From an uncultured Chloroflexia bacterium (GTDB lineage: Bacteria; Chloroflexota; Limnocylindria; Limnocylindrales; CSP1-4), in assembly GCA_963768655.1 (NCBI GenBank), contig CAVYIM010000009.1, positions 231,440 through 295,439 of the forward strand: a stretch of DNA of 64,000 bases. The letters are read 5' to 3'. Below the pieces are notes generated by a model, which was not told where the DNA came from, made no database searches, and saw only the letters and a list, made by a program, of their open reading frames with translations. Numbering within the stretch: position 1 is the stretch's first letter; every line of letters begins with the position of its first letter. Below, piece by piece: positions 60,387-64,000 of the stretch. The position numbers were made by a program, and so were the translations under genes.

Positions 60387-61847
60387 ATGGAGGTCTCTCA
60401 CGTGCGGGAAATGCCATCGCCGCCCGACTTGGACAGTAACGCGAACCAACGCCAGGCGGTCGGCGACGACGACGACGACGGCGGCGGCCCGACGTCACAG
60501 GTAACCGTCCGCCGCCACAAAGTGCGAGCCACCGCCGAGACACTTTGGTCTCCTGAAGCGGTCGGCATCCCCACAAGACTCCGTGTTCGGCGCGGAGACG
60601 GACTCCGGTCGATCTCGCTGTTCACAGGCGCCGGTGGTTTGGATCTCGGGTTGTCCAGAGCTGGAGGCGGAGAGATCCAGTTCGGCGCGTGGGTGGAAAA
60701 GGACGAGGACTCCCGCGAGACGATTGCCCTGAACCACCCAACCGGGCGAGACGCGATCTTCGGCGACATCACCAAAGTCCACCCGACGCAGCTCATGCAG
60801 GCCGCGGGCTTGTCTAGAGGCCAAGCCTTCTTGGTGGCGGGAGGGCCGCCGTGCCAAGCGTTCAGCACTGCAGGCTTACGTCAGTCGATACACGAGCCGC
60901 GCGGACAGGTAGTCGATCGCTATTTCGACATCATCCGCGAGGTTAGGCCTCGGTTCTTTGTGTTTGAGAATGTCCGCGGCTTGGCATCCGTCGCGATCAA
61001 ACATCGCCGCTATGTGGACAGGATCGCCAGCGAGAAGGAGAACCCCGGCGAGCCGGACCTTGAGGCAGACCAACGGCTTGGCTCGGTCTTTGACCAGGTT
61101 TCTGGCCCAACATGAAGAGCCTGGGTTACGAGGTCGTCTTTGCACTCCTGAATGCCGCCGATTATGGCACGGCCCAAGTTAGGCATAGGTTCGTCTTCTT
61201 GGGTAGTCGAGATCACGAGTTTGGCTCGGGTACGTTTCGCAAGATGACGGGGCAGACCATGACCCTGCAGGACCTGCTCCCTCCAACTCACCACCGGCTG
61301 GCGCCCTACAGCCCAATAGAGCCGTGGCGCGTTCTACGAGATGCCATTGGTGGTATGCCAGAGCCAGACCCGAGGGAGACTTTCACCTACAGTCCGGAGC
61401 GCATCAATGTGTGGAAACGAATTCCAGCTGGACGCTACTGGACGTATGTCCGCGACAACCCGGTGTTGTTCCCTGAGGGGCTCGAAGCTCTACTGAAGGG
61501 CGCGTTCTCATCTGGGGGCGGTAAGGTTGGCTTCTGGCGGAGGCTCTCTTGGGACAAGCCATCGCCGACCCTCCCGACACAACCACAACATCGGCGACAG
61601 GGTTGTGCCACCCCGATGTCGAAAGGCCCCTATCAGTGCCGAGCATGCGGCGCTCCAGGATTTCCCAGAGGGCTACCGGTTCGCTGGCAACAAGGCGAGC
61701 AAGTACAAGCAGATCGGAAATGCTGTGCCGGTGCGACTCGGGGAGGCCTTAGGAAACCTGCTACTCTCCGTCGCGAGCGGCGGGGCAGTAAGGGGCACCA
61801 TTGAGGAAGAGGAAGACCCGCTACCAGTGAGAGTGGTATCAGCTTGA
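60387..61847 (+). CDS. C5 DNA cytosine methyltransferase (frameshifts near 61100 and 61590-61640; start uncertain)
   Basis: Motif I SLFTGAGGLD, IV GGPPCQAFS, VI FENVRG, VII/VIII LNAADYG.AQ.R.R, WRRLSWDKPSPT, X YKQIGNAVP. Confidence 0.93.
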
Positions 61848-62683
61848 CCGTTCCGCACGAGGTTGTGTGCCAACACATTGACCAGGCAGTGAAGGTTGCC
61901 GTTCAGCGTGTCACCGACCGTGCTGAGGAACTGTTTACGTCCGAAGTTGCGAGTGCCGCCAATGGCGGAGCATCTCCGTTTCAGAAGCTTCTGCTGCCCG
62001 AAGCGAAGATCTTCTCGTCATTTGAGCGATCTCTCAGTGCCTCGTTAGGAAAGGCGTTCGACTACATCGGCGCCGACATCGCGCGAGCTACATACGGTAA
62101 TGGCCAGCACGACTACTCGTACCACGGCTCGATTTCCCCGGAAACGCTCGGCGCGATTGAGGTGATTGTCGCGCGATACAAAGCGAAGGGGACACTGCAC
62201 AGGATGCCCGACACGGTCGCCGAGTTAGCGGAACTCGCGCCGATTATTGAGGCCAGCGAGCCGACAGTGAGTCGCACGATCAAGAACGACGTCTATTTTG
62301 TTGACCACGACCAGATCAAGAATTTCCTTGAGATCAAGACGGTTCAACCGAACTACGACACTTGCGACAAGATGAAGACTCGTATCCTGACAATCCATGC
62401 GATGCATCATGGCGGCGCCGACAAGATTTGTGCGCTGGTCGTCTTTCCTCACAACCCCAACGGCCTTGAGGGCATCTATGCTTGGCCGCCGCTCCAGTAC
62501 TTCCTGGATCCACAACACGATTGGAAGGCTCGAGGGCAAGCCCTGATGGGGCCTGGTCTGTGGAACTTCCTCGGCGACTCGGACGGTACATACGATGAAT
62601 TGATGGACTGCTTCTACGAGGTGTCCATCAAACGAAAAGACGAGATGTTAAGCTCTGCTAAGGCTGACCGTGGAGTAGCGTGA
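61844..62683 (+). CDS. Type II restriction endonuclease (TdeIII-like, PD-(D/E)xK)
   Basis: SSFERSLSASLG, NDVYF...FLEIKTVQPN, LWNFLG...TYDEL; coupled to the MTase. Confidence 0.78.
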   Translation: MTVPHEVVCQHIDQAVKVAVQRVTDRAEELFTSEVASAANGGASPFQKLLLPEAKIFSSFERSLSASLGKAFDYIGADIARATYGNGQHDYSYHGSISPETLGAIEVIVARYKAKGTLHRMPDTVAELAELAPIIEASEPTVSRTIKNDVYFVDHDQIKNFLEIKTVQPNYDTCDKMKTRILTIHAMHHGGADKICALVVFPHNPNGLEGIYAWPPLQYFLDPQHDWKARGQALMGPGLWNFLGDSDGTYDELMDCFYEVSIKRKDEMLSSAKADRGVA

Positions 62684-63090
62684 AGAACCTAGCGATCACG
62701 TGCCCGCCCGACTCCTGGCCCGCTGGCCTGGACGGATGCGTCTGCCTGGGGATTTCGGAGGCCCGAGGGGCGGACGCTCTCTGGCTCGTCTTCCGAGGTT
62801 CCGACCGCACGGTTACCTCGGTGTCGGGTTTCCTTTTCGAGGGAGTCGAAGTGCCCCCGGACATCACAGCGCTGGAGCCCGCGGTCGTTGCTTCCGGCCC
62901 AAGGAGTCTCTGGGTACTGATCGCAGAGGACAGAACTGCCTTCTACAAGGCCGTTGCCGGCGGGAAGCTGCATATCGGAGGCGACTTTCGGGAGTTTGGT
63001 CGTCTGGCCAGAAGGCTGATACGCCTTACCGAGCAGTTGGAGTTGTGGACGCAGCTCGACGCCATCCTTGATTACGTCCAATCCTCGTAG
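62680..63090 (+). CDS. Hypothetical protein, weak SCP2-like C-terminal pattern
   Basis: GTGA overlap with the REase; LWVLIA...FYKAVAGGKLHIGGD. Confidence 0.6.
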   Translation: MKNLAITCPPDSWPAGLDGCVCLGISEARGADALWLVFRGSDRTVTSVSGFLFEGVEVPPDITALEPAVVASGPRSLWVLIAEDRTAFYKAVAGGKLHIGGDFREFGRLARRLIRLTEQLELWTQLDAILDYVQSS

Positions 63091-63161
63091 ACCTGAGGGA
63101 GCGGCTGCGCCTACGAACCAGACGTCCGATGAGCCACAGGCGAGAGCTAACGCGTCATGCT

Positions 63162-63194
63162 GAGCGCACCGAGCGCACCGAGCGCACCGAGCGC
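63162..63194. repeat. 9-bp tandem repeat GAGCGCACC (about 3.7 copies)
   Basis: Direct reading of the sequence; just inside the right end of the element. Confidence 0.85.
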
Positions 63195-63204
63195 CGTTGA
63201 TGTC

Positions 63205-63276
63205 CTAGGCGGCCTGAAGCGCCTCGACCAGCTCGTCCAGGCCCTCGATCGCGAAGGTTGGTGGCGTGCGTTTGTT
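63205..63276 (-). other. Orphan coding tail NKRTPPTFAIEGLDELVEALQAA* abutting the distal att site
   Basis: 24 codons, strong GC3 in the distal part, no start codon of its own, in frame with the att core (VARPEG). Confidence 0.65.
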
Positions 63277-63294
63277 TCCCTCCGGGCGCGCCAC
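63277..63294 (+). repeat. att site, distal junction
   Basis: Identical to the tRNA 3' end; part of an inverted repeat GTGGCGTGC-N16-GCGCGCCAC (63261-63294). Confidence 0.92.
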
Positions 63295-63386
63295 TCATTC
63301 GGGTAGTGACTGAAAACCCAAAGGCATAGGCGCCGGGTGAGCGCATCCATGTGAGATCCGGTCGTCAGTATCCGGCGAGTGCGTGG

Positions 63387-64000
63387 CTACCAAGGGTCCA
63401 CGACCCCTCGAAGGTCGAAGCCGAGGCTGGTGTAGGCACCGGCGCGCTTGGAATGCATCCGCGCCAGGACGGGATCCTGTAGTCCACGTAGTCATGCACC
63501 TCGACCCTCGTCTTGCCCTCGACCGGCCTGAGCACGCGGCCGACGTACTGGACGATTTGGCCCCGGAAGGCGATCGGAAACGCTATAAACAGCGTGTCCA
63601 GCGGCGGACAATCGAAACCCTCGCCCAGGAGACTGCCGGTGGCCACGAGCACTACGCCATCGCCGGGCTGCGTCGCCGCAAGTCGATCGACGATCGCTCG
63701 TCGCTCTTTTCTGCCCATGCCTCCGACCAGGACGTCTGGGCGAACTCCCATTTCCTCAAGTCGATCTCGGATAAAGCCCACATGCTGCTTCCATTGAGAG
63801 AGAACGAGGCAGTTGCGGCCCGACTGCACGGCCGCAGCGATGTCGCCACAGACCTGGCGAGTCCTAGCGTCATCCTCTACCAGCGAGCGGAAGACGGCCT
63901 GGATGGTGGGAGGCACCTCGCTTGTGCCGGTGACTGGATTTCCGTGGTTGGTTGGATGGACGACTAGCGTGCGCACCACGCCCGCCGTCGCGCCGGGATC
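63387..64000 (-). CDS. SF2 (DEAD/DEAH-box) helicase C-terminal part (truncated by window; frameshift near 63480)
   Basis: VLVATGSLLGEGFDCPPLDTL, QYVGRVLR, VHDYVD, then ARMHSKRAGAYTSLGF in another frame. Confidence 0.85.

Larger units (their letters stand above)
55892..63294. mobile_element. ~7.4 kb tRNA-Arg-integrated element (serine integrase, RepSA, Pra-like, type II R-M)
   Basis: Exact 18-bp direct repeat TCCCTCCGGGCGCGCCAC at 55892-55909 (tRNA 3' end) and 63277-63294; integrase next to the tRNA; visibly more AT-rich cargo. Confidence 0.92.

Noticed and set aside
61844-63090. REase-SCP2 fusion hidden by a frameshift
   Set aside because: The GTGA overlap is ordinary coupling, and the more natural single-base correction still gives a stop before the next gene; fusion is unsupported.
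63147-63350. 67-aa ORF MDALTRRL... spanning the distal att site
   Set aside because: Crosses the recombination junction and a simple repeat; the coding-like signal is in another frame (the orphan integrase tail).

Overview
High-GC (~70%) bacterial chromosome segment. Its gene repertoire suggests a soil Chloroflexota/Limnocylindria-like organism, which is an inference. The sequence has clustered indels typical of a long-read consensus. Bases 1-55.9 kb are mostly housekeeping and envelope genes: metY-metX, a MacAB-like exporter, an ECF sigma factor with a kelch-repeat partner, a second broken metY, plsY, panE, an IS630, ABC exporters, a YkcB/ArnT-like glycosyltransferase with a two-component system, a Zur-controlled Zn ABC importer, an ars cluster, TelA and an M14 peptidase. 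A ~7.4 kb integrative element follows, inserted in tRNA-Arg(UCG) and bounded by an exact 18-bp repeat (55892-55909 / 63277-63294). It carries a large serine recombinase, RepSA and Pra-like genes and a type II R-M system. Main observations: (1) the attachment site appears to lie inside the 3' end of the integrase gene, so excision would swap its C-terminus for a tail (...LDELVEALQAA) stored at the far end of the element; this needs one indel correction. (2) A leader peptide with a Met-Met-Ser-Met patch plus terminator/antiterminator lies upstream of metY-metX, a candidate methionine attenuator. (3) A four-copy promoter motif defines a likely two-component regulon, and three copies start directly with short uORFs. 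(4) A ~190-nt structured RNA candidate lies at 474-661. (5) Unannotated Cys/Met-rich small proteins occur at the ars/zur locus.
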